Source of the DNA: Curvularia clavata
Lineage: Eukaryota
Length of the DNA stretch: 64,000 nucleotides
Direction: 5' to 3'
Assembly: GCA_023920165.1 (NCBI GenBank)
Contig: CP089280.1
Coordinates: 1,426,001-1,490,000, forward strand
Numbering within the stretch: the stretch's first letter is position 1; each line of letters starts with the position of its first letter. Positions 46,814 to 59,539 of the stretch are shown here, in pieces. Position numbers and translations under genes: made by a program. Below the pieces are notes generated by a model that was given only the letters and a program-made list of their open reading frames with translations, did not search any database and was not told the origin of the DNA.

Positions 46814-48338
46814 GGTGGCGGGCTGTGTGGTGGGCTGGGGGCGTTGTTGCAAAGTGACGATGCTGAATATTCCGGCCCTGTCGCGCTATGCGGTGGCCCG
46901 TGCGCCCTACGTCAAGACGAAAGTCGCATGCTTCTGCTTGGGCTCCCTCCAAATTCTGCGCTGAAGGCATTGTGGTCCCGGCATCGCGTATCTTCATTGC
47001 ATTTATCATTTCTACGCTTGTTTCACTCAATGCCTCGACTCTGGCCATTGACTTCTCGCAGTTTGCGCCCAATTCACTACACGACTGCTGTCAGTTGAGC
47101 AGCCCATCATGCCTTCACATACTTCAGGGCCGAACTTTCCGCGTCAATTTCTTTCAAACCTCACTATTTCAAATTCCAATGTCTCTTCTCTACCAAGTCA
47201 ACATTCTCCAAGCATCTCATAACACTTCTCAAGATGTCGCTGTTCTCGTTCTCACACACCCATACAGGCATTGCTTGTTTTCTTTTTTTCCTTTTGCCGG
47301 ATAGCCAGACCTATCAAAGCTGCCCTTGGCTCCTGCCACGGAAGAAAGTACTGGAGTTTCCCTCTCCCAAAAGCAGGATTTTTCCACCTGGTCTCTCGCA
47401 TGCCCTCGAGCGACGCGCTATGTTTAGATGCACGTGGATCGCTATGCGGACAGTGGACGGGCTACCTATTTCTTTTGCGTCGACGACGTCGACGGCGCTA
47501 GCATTGCCTATTGCACGCCACGGTAGGTTTCTGTCCACACTGGAGCCAGCAGTGCGATTGTTCTTGTTTCTTTTTGTTTCGTGTGTCTTGAGCAGCCTGT
47601 ACACCTTTTCCGAGGGCTAGACTGCAGGATAAAGGTGTCTCTGCATATGACCGTCGGATGAAACCGGTCATGTGGTCGTCGCGGTGGGCGTGACGCCTGG
47701 GGCCCGCAGCCAATCAGCGGGCCGCCCGCCTGCACGGCGCGGAGAGATACGCTGACTGCAGAGGTCGACGAAGGAGAGTTTTAAGCTCTTGTCAAGGCCG
47801 CTGCATGTACGGGAGGTATGTAGGGGGGGCAGCCAGAAAGGGAGCGGCAGTCTGTGTGCAGCCGTCAGCCTTCCCCGCACTAGGCTGGAGGGACGGCGGC
47901 CAACCATGTGACAGGCTTGACGCCAGCCACTCTGTTTCACCCCACTGGAGCCCTGGACGTGGGCAATAGCAAGCGCGCTGGCCGTTGATCTCCCAGTCGC
48001 GGGCTAGCTTATCGCATAGCACAGGTCCAGTCCAGCCAGAGCAGAGGGCGGTGACAAGTCCCGCCTCGACGAGCGCATTCCCCTTCACTCTTCCACTCCC
48101 CGCCTCAACCCACGCCCTTTCACCTGACCCGAGCGCTAGGCACCCACGACGTCTGTTGCAACGCTTGGACTCACACGTCACAAGGGTACTTTGCTCCCCC
48201 CATGTGCCTGCAGACCCTCGACCTAAGCAATAGTGGAACCACCGTAGTCCCGATCGCGAATCAGCCTCTCCCCTCCATACACACGCCTGCCCACCAACCA
48301 CCCGCAACGCCAGCACCGCCCACCACGGCGCACCCGCC

Positions 48339-50167
48339 ATGATTGATACAATGGATCGCGGGAGTCTCTACGAGCACGACATTCCCTCGCTCAGCGCCTC
48401 GCTCGAGGCCTTTGACCCGGAGCGCAGCATGCACTCGGCCTACAGCAGCCGCTCCAACATGCACTCGTCGCGATGGAGCGTACCCCAGGACGACGGAGAC
48501 TCCGAGACCGAGTCGGACGGGCCCTGGGCCCCTCCTGCCTGGCAGAAGTCGCAGTCCAGCAACACCTGGTACAGGAAGTCGTTCCTGGGCGACAGCGCCA
48601 TGCGCAACAGCCCCTCCAAGTCGCCATTCGACTACTACCGCACTGATCGCGAAATCACGCCTTCGCGCATACCCTTGCCCGAGTCGCCATACAAGATGAC
48701 GCCCCGGACAAGCCCAGAGCCCATTCCAGAAGAAGAAGAGAGGTTCCTGTCGAGCAACATCGCGTCGCGCCTGCAGAGCCCCGTCGCCGAACCCCACCCC
48801 ACCGTCTGCGCACTGCCAGAAAAGGAGCTCGAGTTGTCGCATCACGACCAGTATGGTCCCGCAGAGGGTTGTAAGTTGTTCCGATCCATGCGCGCTGTAT
48901 ATACTGACAGCCTTAGTCATGCGCTTTGCTTACAGAGGAGAAGCCAAGTTCCGCACGCAGCCCATTGAGAGGGTCATTTCCGAATTCGCCAGTGGCCTTC
49001 ACTTGTTCACTAGGTCAAGGGCCAATGTCATTCTAACCATTGCCACCATCTTGCTGTCATGGATATTGTTGCAGCCCTGGACTGCCAGTCTGATTCCAGA
49101 CGTCGCCAACGTCGCAAACATGGCCAAGCAGTTCGAGCCGCTCCTGTACGCGTCAGAAAACGTGATACCGCGCTCGCGCGAACTTGCAGAGGCTAGTATT
49201 GCCGTCCAAGACCTAGGTGAGAGCGTCCGAGCGACAAACATGTCCGCGTCCTCGGCCATCATCGACCAGCTGGACGACTTGGGCGACAGCCTCAAGATCC
49301 TGTCCGAGAAGATTACGAGCTTCTTCACAAACGTCGACGGTGATATGGACTCGTAGGTATACCCTACTCAGGTCTCACACAAGCACTAATGATTGTAGAA
49401 TCCTCATCACCATGGAGTGGGCCAAACGTGAGCTGCAAAGCATCAAAAGCCCCAAGATTGGTGTGATCGATACAGTCATCACAAACGTGCGTGGAGGTCT
49501 TAGCAAGGTCGGTGTGCTCGAGCGCAACGGGTCCCCTACAGCCATTGGGCACGTTGTGAATGACATCTTCGGCCACACTACCCCACAGCGCCACAAAGCC
49601 ACGCTGCAGCGCACATTTGATTACCTCCTTTCTACCCTGGAAGAGAACATTGCAAACGAGCTTGCACGCGCAGATGTTCTGTTCCAACTCTTCGAGAGCG
49701 TAGATCGCCAATTCCACAATCTCCATCGCTCCGTCGCCAAAGAGGAGGATTCGCTCGCAAACAGAAAAGACGAATTCCTCGCGTCCATGTGGCGCATGAC
49801 CATCAACAACAAAATGAAGATCAAGAAATATGAAAAGAACCTGAAGTTGCTCAAGGAAGTTCGAGCATCTACTTTGATCAACAAAGCTGAACTCAAGGGC
49901 CACATCCAAATCATCCACTCGGTCAAGGACCAATTGGACAAGGCACGTAAGAATCTCGTCAGCCCGCTTATCCGCCGTGCGCAAAGCAACAGCTTCGGCT
50001 TGGAGCAACAACTCAATGACTTGACCGGAACCTATGGATTTCTAAAAGACCTCCGTGACGGCCAGAAGAAGAAGGTCCTTCAGCAGCTATGGGGCGGCGA
50101 TTCCAAGAAGCGCATCTCCATCACGGCTGGCGGCAAAGAGGAGGAGATTGACGAAGACGAGCGCTAA
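48339..50167 (+). CDS. Uncharacterised single-pass membrane coiled-coil protein; 3 exons (48339-48870, 48917-49352, 49399-50167)
   Basis: SP/TP-rich N-terminus, one hydrophobic segment (VILTIATILLSWILL) and long heptad-like helices (NVDGDMDSILITMEWAKREL). Splice phases are consistent. Confidence 0.75.
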
Positions 50168-50481
50168 CCACACACACTGCTCTACTTGTCTCATCTTTTG
50201 CATCTCCTCTTTCTCTTTGCTACTATAGACTCATTTTCCGGCGCATTGAGGTGCAAACCCTGGTCTCGGTCTCCTACTTATCTAGCATTGCAAGCGACTG
50301 GTATAGACAAACGAGAGCGTGGGTTCTTGCTTCTATCTATTGACGGAGTTGCTGGCGTCAAAACACACTAACACATTATCGGCTATGTTGCCTCACTCTC
50401 TGCTTACCATAACAGGAGGTTTACTCTTGTTGTTGCTCATTTGGCGAGCAGGCGAAAGGAGTGGAGGCGTACATGGCATCA

Positions 50482-50546
50482 ACTGGACTGGACCGGACCG
50501 GACCGGACCGGACTGGGTTGGGCTGGGTTGATTGATTTGATTGATT
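50482..50546 (+). repeat. (GGACC/GGACT)n pentanucleotide microsatellite followed by GGGTT/GATT repeats
   Basis: actggactggaccggaccggaccggaccggactgg...gattgatttgattgatt, between convergent 3' ends. Confidence 0.85.
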
Positions 50547-50690
50547 TTGGGAAAGAATCACGCATTTTCTTTGACATGTAATGTACATTGCTACAGCAGC
50601 GTCTTGTACAGAATTGAATGTAACCTCTATTCTAATGACTGTTCTTATATGCAGTTATCTCTGCAAAGTGGTGGATATGAGAAAAGACTA

Positions 50691-52256
50691 CTAAATCAAC
50701 CCTGCCCTTAGCAACTTATTCCCAAACTCCAGCAAGTAGTAATCCGCATATACCAGCCCATGATCCTTGTACTTCTTATGCGCATGCTCGTTCCAATTCG
50801 TCGTGCTATGTCTGAGTATGCACTCGAACAACGACTCCTTGATCACCACATCTCCATCTGTATCCCCTACCTCGAAAGATGCAAAGTCCCCGTCATATGC
50901 CATTTCTAACGTCTGCTGCACAATCCTCAGCGCCCTATCCAGAAAATCGATTCCCCCGGCCCTCTTCGCCGCCTCGCTTGGCTCCAAGCCCTGCAACGCT
51001 TGATACACAATCAACATGCCGTTCGCAGCAATGACTCCAGCCGAGACATCGCGCAGTGGATTTTCTTCATCATAATCGTCCCCATCCAGCTCAATAGGGG
51101 CGTCGAAATCCCACCTCGGGACAAGATGCGACTTCCACTTCCCTTGACCTTCCTCCAGCCTACGTAAAAAGTACCGTGCGCATCCGATCGCCGTATCAAG
51201 GTACTTTGTATCTTTAGTCCAACAATACGTCTGCGCGAAACCCATAATAGCCCAGGCCTGGCCGCGCGACCACGTCGAAGCATCCGCGTGTCCTTGGTTA
51301 GTCATTTTGGCCTGCACGAGGCCAGTGGCGGGGGAGAAGTTGACGAGATGGTAGGATGAGAAGTCTTCACGCAGGATCTCATTGATGATAGTGCTGGCGT
51401 GTGTGGTTGCAATGTCAGAGAGGTGAGGGGAGGAAGTCATGTGCGCGGCGAAGTAGAGGAGGTCGAGGTCTGCGCATGTTAAGACGCTGGGTGAGGGAAA
51501 GGGAAGGGAAGAACGTACTGCACATGCTGTCAATGATGACGAGAAAGTTCTCCTGCATGTCAGTAATCGAATATCGATCGTTCACAGCTACATCCCAACT
51601 TCGAATCGCTTTGACACGCGCATCATATCGCGATGCGAGGGCTTCGGCGGCGTTAATAACAGCGGCTAGGCTCTCTTTGTTGCCGGTTAACTCCCAGTCT
51701 CGCTGCAGGGCGGGCTGCACGATAAAGCCCATGTCGTGCGTGTCTGTTCGCCGAGACATTTGCTGAATCGCAACGCTGTAGTGTCGACCTAGTTGGAGCA
51801 GGTGGTCTTGCATATGAGGGCGTAACGGAGGTGGGATGGAGAACGCTTGAGGATATTTCATACAGCGCTCCAGGAGAGCGTAGATGCTGCCTGGGAAGAA
51901 ACCGCAGGTCCAGAAGGAGGACTCGCGTTCTTCGTAACGACCTGCATCGGGGCCTGTTTGAGGAACAGTGTGGGGGTAGGATTGTAAGGGCGCCTGGGGA
52001 TGGGTTGTTAGATAGGGGTTTTGATGGATGGGCTTGAAATGGTGAAGGATGGAGGAGCAACGAACTTGTTGTTTCAAACCGCGTTGGGCTACTTGGATGA
52101 TTTTGGCGAGGGAGTTTTCGGAATATATGGCGCTGAGGTCGATGTCTCTGACACTGTATAGTGGAGCTGAGAAGATGTTGGTGCTGATACAGATGAGGGG
52201 GGATCTTACAATGCAGCTTTAGCCCCGCTGTTGACGTCTTGTGCAGTATCTCCCAT
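50691..52256 (-). CDS. Glycoside hydrolase family 88 (unsaturated glucuronyl hydrolase-like), no signal peptide; 4 exons, exon 1 tentative
   Basis: WTCGFFPG, THDMGF, VIIDSMCNLDLL (the two catalytic-type Asp), TNQG...STWSRGQAWAIMGF, DVSAG and YADYYLLE motifs. Confidence 0.9.
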
Positions 52257-54059
52257 TTTGTATTCTGACAACTACGCTTACTCTGACTATTCTAGAGATA
52301 CACTGAATCCTTGGATTAAGATGTACACGAAGCTTGAATACGGTGGTCTTCCAAATACCTTACCAACAGTTCCGCAACTGATGGTTTGATTGTGAAGAAT
52401 GGTGCTGGGAGATGTCCAGAAGAACAACCGCCCACTCAATAAAACTAACATCCAACAAGACGTGCATATTTTAGTGGTGCTTTCATTGATGCCGGGTTAT
52501 CTTTAGAATAACGTTGGGCGGAAAGCAAATCGTGGGATCTACATTGTACCGATGCCCGCATCCCACTCGTCACAACTAGGGTAATGCATCCGCCATAGTA
52601 ACGTCACCACAGCCTAGATCACGTTTTGGCTTATCCTTGTTCGTGAAGTACTTGGAATGTACTAACCCTAACGTTTATTCTCGCTTTTGATGTATGTGAT
52701 GTTATAATACGCTGGCGTCGGCATGGTGTAGTGAATAGGGTAACTTTAGCCAGCACTGCAATGCATCTGGAAGGAAACAAAACTTCTAAGTCTAGTAGAT
52801 AAATAAGAGAGAAGAAAATCTACCGCTCAGTCTTGAAGACTTCTAGCTTCTTTATGTCTCAGTGTTAATGGTTGATGGAGTGCAATGTTTTCAAAAACAC
52901 GATCACCGTCCTTGGGAGCCAGTAACCGACGCCGATGGCGGTAACTACCACTTTAATGTTGATGTGTCGTTTGATTACACCACAATGGCTTCAGGTTGTC
53001 TCCAAAATGCCTAGAGCCTTGTTTTAAAAAGGCTCAGACACCGTTCACCATTTTCTCCCCTCTTGCGTTCTATACAAAATACTAAAGCATAAGATAAAGA
53101 GTGGCATGTGTTGAATCAATTTCAGCACATACATATTGTATTCCTTCGGCGTGACCATGTTAATTAAAGCTCAGCTAGCTAAATGGTATGCAACAGTAAC
53201 AGGTATAAGCTTCCGAGATTCTCTCCTCTAAGCTAGCCTTAAGTATACGATGTTGAAGCTGGTGATTCGATTGCTATACGTCGACATTTTTAGTCCAACT
53301 TCCAAATAACACAAGAAAGAGCAATCGGTATTTGCCAGTGAAGTCTTGCAACGATTTAGAGGTCTCCAGTTGGTAGTCTGGGCCAACTAGCATAGGAGAC
53401 ATTCCAAGACACATCTCACTGTCGCCAGCGCTGACCAGCTCCTGTGCCAAGTTTACAGCTGGCAAAGAAAGAAGCAGCATGTGACAAACGTCACTCGCAA
53501 TTTCTCCGTGCTTCTATTCAGGTTGGTATACCATCCGATAGAGTTTCGGTGCAAGATAGGCCGATTCACGAGAGTGACACCTGCTGTACAGGATTCAATC
53601 ACCTGTTCGTTTCTCACTAATGTGTGTCTCCTCAATGCCGTGTCTCGCCAAGCTACCTTCTGACATCAAGACAGAAGCTTCAATTCGCCCGTTCAGACTT
53701 TCCCCCCACATCTCGCCCTGCTTTCTTCAGCTGGTGGCCGCCTAACACAAGGGTGATCGTGTGTTTACCCGCCATTGTGGAATTTTCCGCACCCAGGCCC
53801 CCATCCCCGCGCTGAACCATCCCTAACCAGGAAAACCCCGATGCCCGCCCCAGATTCCCCCACAAACTTACCAGCCTTTATGATTACCGCTGCGGGAACT
53901 ATTTATTAGACGAGCATCTTTTTTCGGGTTACCCACTTATGCTTACCAGCAGAGCTCGATCTTACGAGGGGTCCCCCCATCTTTTTGCATCTATTCTTCC
54001 GAGGTCACGCCGAGGTACGCTCAACGCAAACGATAACATTGGGGAAAACACCAAGCGCA

Positions 54060-55781
54060 ATGGCGAGCACGCAGCCCAGCGATGAGACAAATGGCGTCGC
54101 CAACAGGACAGGAGAATTCGATACTAGTGTTATAGCGCCTGCTGAGGCGCCTAAGCGATCGCCATGGAAAGCATGGATGTACCTCTGGGAATGGTACCCT
54201 AAACATTATCCTCCAGAGGAGCGAAAGCTGCTGAGAAAGATGGATGCCTGCCTCTTGACATTCTGTTCCTTCATGTGTAGGTAATCCCCTGGGGAATCGG
54301 ACACATATGTACTAAGCCTCAACAACCGCAGTCTTCCTAAAATGGCTCGACTCATCGAACGTCAAAAACGCGTACGTGTCCGGCATGAAAGAGGAACTGC
54401 ATCTGTATGGAAACGAGTACTCGCTTTTTGACACTTTTTACAATGTGGGATATCTCGTCTTCCAGGTGCCCTCCTTGTTGCTCCTCTCCCGACCCAAAGT
54501 CGCAAAGTACTATCTACCCACGATGGAAGTGCTCTGGTCCATCGTGACTTTCTGCCAGAGCCAGATGCGCAATAGAAACGATATCTACGGTACTCGCTTC
54601 TTGCTTGGTCTGTTGGAGACACCCGTAGCATCTGGCACTACGTATGTCCTGGGCTCTTGGTACAGACCTGAAGAGGTTTTCAAGCGCACTGGAGTTTGGT
54701 ATGTCTCGAACAATATTGCTGTTATGTTTGGTGGCTACCTACAAGCTGCTGCCTACAAGAATTTGAATGGGTGAGTTTTCAAGCCTCTAGTCCTTTCAAG
54801 GACCAAGCTGACATACCATAGTGTCCATGGAATGGCTGGCTGGCGTTGGCTGTTCATCATAGATGGGGTGATATCTCTACCTATTGCTTTGGCAGGGTAC
54901 CTAATCTTCCCCGGTCTTCCAAGTAGCAAGAAGCCATGGTGGCTCACGGCCAAGGAGCATGAATTGGCGCGGTCACGCATGATTAATGCTGGAGTCCAGC
55001 CCAGTAAAGAACTCAGCTGGACTGTGGCCAAGCGCACGTTTATGCGTTGGGAATTTTACATGGGCGTCCTCTGCTACACCTTGTATGCCATGTCCTCTTT
55101 CTATACAGCAATTGTTCCCACTGACACGCAACCAGCTTCCTGTCTTCCTCCTACCCGCACGGCCAGATGGCCATTTGGCTCAAGGACCTTGCTGCAAAGC
55201 ATCCTGGTGCATACTCTGTGCCTCAGATCAACACTATCCCTACCGGCGCCCAAGGTGTGTCTGTATTCGCTGCCTTACTCGCAACCTCGCTCTGTATGGT
55301 ATATCCCCTCTGGTCCATCTTCTCCATTGTTCAGACCATTTACATTGTCGCCAACATTTCACTTTTGATCTGGAACATACCCAAGGGGTACCATTTTGCA
55401 TGTTACTACCTCCTCGGCGTCTCGGCAGCTGTAACGCCTATACTCATGCCTTTTATCAACATGGCGCTACGGGATGACGCCGAGGCACGTGCGGTAACAG
55501 TTGGGGCGATGTTAACAGCGGGCTGGGCTGTGTTTTCATTCTATCCCATTACCGTGTTTCCTATTGTTGAAGGCCCAAGGTGGACAAAGGGGTATTCGGT
55601 GAATATTTGTTTCATCGTTGGATGCTGGACTACATTTCTTGTCATGCAGTACTTGTACCGGAAGAGCGAGAGCAGGAAACAGGCGCTTATGTGCAGAGAG
55701 GTTGCAAAAGATCAGGAGGATATGGCAGGTATGGATATCAAGGATGGAGCAGAGGTGGAGCATGCGGAGGTGAGGAAATGA
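54060..55781 (+). CDS. MFS transporter, DAL5/FEN2(Liz1)-like anion:cation symporter family; 4 exons (54060-54276, 54332-54770, 54822-55082, 55136-55781)
   Basis: [36 protein letters not shown] and [10 protein letters not shown] motifs. Confidence 0.9.
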
Positions 55782-56758
55782 GGAAGAAGGAAGTCATGAG
55801 ATTGAATAATCTTGAAACATTTCTACGTCAGCTATAAATTAAGGCGATGATTTACAATGGCGAGAGGTCACGATGCGCTACCAATAGCCACCGCACAAGA
55901 CACCTATGGGGTTGCAAATATTTGTCTCATTAACATAGTCAGGCTGAGATTTCTCATCCCCTCTTCGATGAAAAGGCCATCTCTAGCATTGCAACAGAAA
56001 ATTCCTCCCAGAAAATTCTCTCTTTCTACCTTACTCTCCCTCTCTGCAACATCGTCAACATAACGCATTTAAGACATAAGAAGCCGCGGAAGCTTGACTC
56101 GCAATTGATGGCACGATGGGTACCCGAGCTCCACATACGCGCACACGCAAATACCCCGTGCCCTCTCACCATGGGAAAATTCCAACTTTTGCATGTGTTG
56201 CAGCCGCAAAATCTGATGTTGAGTCAGTATGATGTAGTCCTTTCGTAGTAGGGACGTCCAATCAGGTGCTCTACGGCTACTATCCCTGCGGCGCTGCTGC
56301 CCCGCATATTTCGGATGCCGGCGCTCTGTTACTGCGATCTGCCACTTGCTACCTCGCTACTACGCCGCACAGGTGCGTGCCTGCAGCTGCCAACCAAGAT
56401 TGTGGTCAGTGTAAACCGAGCCGCACAGGGGTTCCTTGGCCGTTTTCTTGTGTTAGAGGTGGCAATGGCCTTCCCTAACAAGGATTGGGCCCTGATCGCC
56501 TGCGTTAGGCCCCGGATGGTGTTGGAAATGGTACCCTGAGATCTCCGCGCAAGCCACGATGTTTCTCTTTGCAAGCTAAGACGTGAAAAGGACGTGATAC
56601 GAGTATGAGCTGCAATTACATCATTCTGTACTTGCGTAAAATGTATCGGTATATCTCGGACTACCCAATCTGCTGTTCAATATCGTGACTCTTTCTCTTT
56701 CCTTAATGCTTTTTCGTTGCCGCCTTTTCGTTAGTATTCAAACAAAAGGCAATTAACA

Positions 56759-57854
56759 ATGACTGCTCTTCGCTCTTCAAACACGTTAATGCGCCGGTTC
56801 GCGCGTCCAAGTCCTCCGGCATTTCGTTTACGACCATTCATAGCGCCTGCTCAGCGCCGGAGCTTTGCGTCGACCTTGTCTCAGTTTCAACAAAACAATG
56901 AGGGTGCTGAAGCAAAGAATTCAAGCCCATTTGACCTTACGGGCAAGGTTTTCGTTGTTACAGGTATGTCGTGTTCTCCTCCAATGTCCATAGCACCATT
57001 CTTGCTCTCTTCAGTCTTTCATAATTAATGCTAACATTTCGACAGGCGGAGGCAATGGTCTAGCACTGTGTATGGCAGAGGGTCTTGCAGAAGCTGGCGG
57101 TAAAGTCCACTGTCTTGATCGCATAAAAGATGCTTCCAAGGCATTCCAAGAGGCGCAGGCGCGAGTGAGCAATCTCCATGATGCAGGCCTTGAGTACCAC
57201 TCCGTCGATGTCACACACGATGAGGCCATTCGAAAATGCATTGCAGATATTGCTGCCAAGAACCAGAGGCTTGATGGACTCATTGCAGGTAGGATTAAAG
57301 CCACTTTCCGTGCAGAGTATCAACTGACACATTGTGCAGCCGCCGCAATCCAGCAAGTAACGCCTGCACTCGATTTCCAGAAAGAGGATATTGCAAAGAT
57401 GATGGACGTCAATTTCACTGGCGTCTTCCTCACAGCACGTGAATGTGCCCGTCAGATGATGAATTACAAAATCCAAGGCTCAATTTGTCTGGTTGCATCC
57501 ATGAGCGGAAGCATTGCAAACCGAGGTTTCCTGGCACCCGTCTACAATTCCTCCAAGGCTGCAGTTGTCCAGCTGGCGCGTAACCTGGCTATGGAATGGG
57601 GAAGGAAAAATCCAGACGGATCTGGTGGCATCCGAGTAAACTCGCTGAGCCCAGGCCACATTGTCACCCCAATGGTGCAGGCCAACTTCGACGCTGGCGA
57701 GGCAAACCGTGAGGAATGGGAGAACAACAGTATGCTTGGCAGGCTGAGCAGACCAGAAGAGTACAAGGGGGTAGGAGTGTTCATGTTGAGCAATGCAAGC
57801 AGCTACATGACGGGGCACGATCTGAAGATAGACGGTGGTACCACTGCTTGGTGA
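56759..57854 (+). CDS. Short-chain dehydrogenase/reductase (sorbose reductase/arabinitol dehydrogenase-like) with a putative mitochondrial presequence; introns 56964-57045 and 57289-57339
   Basis: VTGGGNGLA, ASMSG, YNSSK, RVNSLSPG and IDGG motifs. The N-terminus is Arg-rich and acid-free, with RRSFAS. Confidence 0.88.
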
Positions 57855-58267
57855 AGAAGCTGCTGTTGGTTACTGGCCGTATGCGTTTTGTGCGTTTTCA
57901 GCGATTGCTTGGCTGGCGTCTGGACCATTAATGACTTCTCACGAGATTTTCTGTACTGGGAAAAAGGAAAGATCCCATATTGTATTATAGTTTATCAAAT
58001 GTCATGATGTCGCATGAGCAGCGTCGATGTTGTGGAGACGAAGAGAGTATGTGACGGACAGCCGCCAATAGCGGCGCAAGGGTCCCGCGTGCGCCTTCCC
58101 CCCTTGGCTCTAGTTTACAATCGGACTATCTGTCCTTCCGCGCTCCCCTTGCGACAGCTGTACAATTCGCGACGCCCGACCAGAGAGAGGACGAAACCAA
58201 ACTTGGGCTTGCAAGCGGCTGCAGCTCTTAGAATCCCAGGATACGGCGCGCACACCACACTACCACC

Positions 58268-59029
58268 ATGGACCGGTTAGCACGACTTCTCAGCTGGCTG
58301 CTGCTCGCCATCATTCCCCTCACCGCGGCCCTCAAGTTCGACCTTCATCCCGTTTCCGAGCGCGAGTCGGCCAGGTACGAGCGATGCATTAGAAACTTTG
58401 TCGCCAAGGAGCAGTTGGTTGTTGTCACGGCTATCTTGGACGGTTACAGAGGAGACGGACAGAGGGTTGATATGCATGTATGTTGCTTTTACCTGCCAAT
58501 CCCACACTCAATGCACTGCACAGCTTCCACGCAAGCAGTGCAATGGTTATTTTTACTCTTGCTAAAAGGAATTGGCTAGATCCGCGACGCAATGGGCAAC
58601 GACTACCACCGTCCCAAGGACGTAGTGGGCGAGAACCGCTACGCATTCACCTCGCACGCCGACTCCGTCTTCGACGTCTGCTTCGCCAACGTTTTCACCT
58701 CGGCCTCATCTTCCAAATCAATTAAACCCCGCCACGTTGAGCTCGACATTGATATCGGTGCCGATGCGAAGGACTGGGACAAGATCTCCGCCAGCGAAAA
58801 GCTCAAGCCGGTAGAGGGTGAACTCCGAAGGCTTGAAGAGGTTGTGGGCGAGATTGTGACAGAAATGGATTACCTGAGGGCTCGCGAGCAGAAGCTGAGA
58901 GACACCAATGAGAGCACGAATGAGCGAGTCAAGTGGTTCGCTCTGGGCACCATGGGTATGCTTGTTGGACTTGGTGCCTGGCAGGTTGTTTACCTCAGGG
59001 CCTATTTCCGGAGTAAGCACCTCATCTAG
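58268..59029 (+). CDS. ERV25: p24/emp24-gp25L family cargo receptor Erv25; intron 58478-58579
   Basis: Signal peptide, GOLD domain (RCIRNFV...FDVCF), [28 protein letters not shown] and [12 protein letters not shown] tail. Confidence 0.94.
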
Positions 59030-59336
59030 ACGTGTATGTGGTCTTGGGCTTCTGGCAGCTTCTGGAGGGCACGTGTGTTTGGGTAAAAGGAGCGGTTGGG
59101 AAAGTGGCATGTGTACGAACATGAGTACGAAGAGCGTTATGGATTGCATACTTGGCAAAGGCAATTGGAGCGGCGTTGTTAGGGATATTATATCAAAAAT
59201 TCTAAGCCACAGTCATCACAAGATACAGCCTTTCGAATACTGTTGTGCACTATACTTCGAGGACCAGAGGCAGGCACATCAAAAGAAAGGAATCATTGCA
59301 AAGGAACGACTGATTTTCATTTCATAATCGTGAAAG

Positions 59337-59425
59337 GAGCGTGATGTGTGAGCTATATGTAGTCACACGAAAATGAGCGTGTGGGTGTGAGTGCTATATA
59401 GCACACGAGAAAGCGAGCGTGGGTA
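59337..59425. repeat. Imperfect ~39-bp tandem repeat (2.5 copies) whose units contain hairpins
   Basis: GAGCGTG at 59337, 59375 and 59415. GTGTGA..TCACAC stem at 59346-59368. Perfect palindrome GTGCTATATAGCAC at 59391-59404. Confidence 0.65.
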
Positions 59426-59539
59426 GTGCAGCAATGCACAAGCTGTCGAAATGTAAAAGTCCATCTACATCGAAGAAAGAGAGTGTATGGTTGTCGCCAT
59501 CCAGCGTGACAACTCGAGCGAAAGATTCATTTCAACTGT

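Noticed and set aside
47234..47620. 128-aa ORF with a good Kozak-like context (CAAGATGTC) in the RSM7 upstream gap
   Set aside because: No recognisable domain, and its T-rich, UTR/promoter-like composition suggests a chance ORF.
52700..53480. AT/TpA-rich stretch that might be a RIP-mutated transposon relic
   Set aside because: No terminal repeats or transposase/RT motifs are recognisable, so it cannot be distinguished from ordinary promoter DNA without computing RIP indices.
25825..57339. Five stop-free introns with lengths divisible by 3 (VPH1 87 nt, Btz 54 nt, SLY1 123 nt, GH88 72 nt, SDR 51 nt) that the ORF track reads through
   Set aside because: Roughly the number expected by chance among the ~40 short introns here. 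They explain ORF-track insertions but are not evidence of regulated retention.
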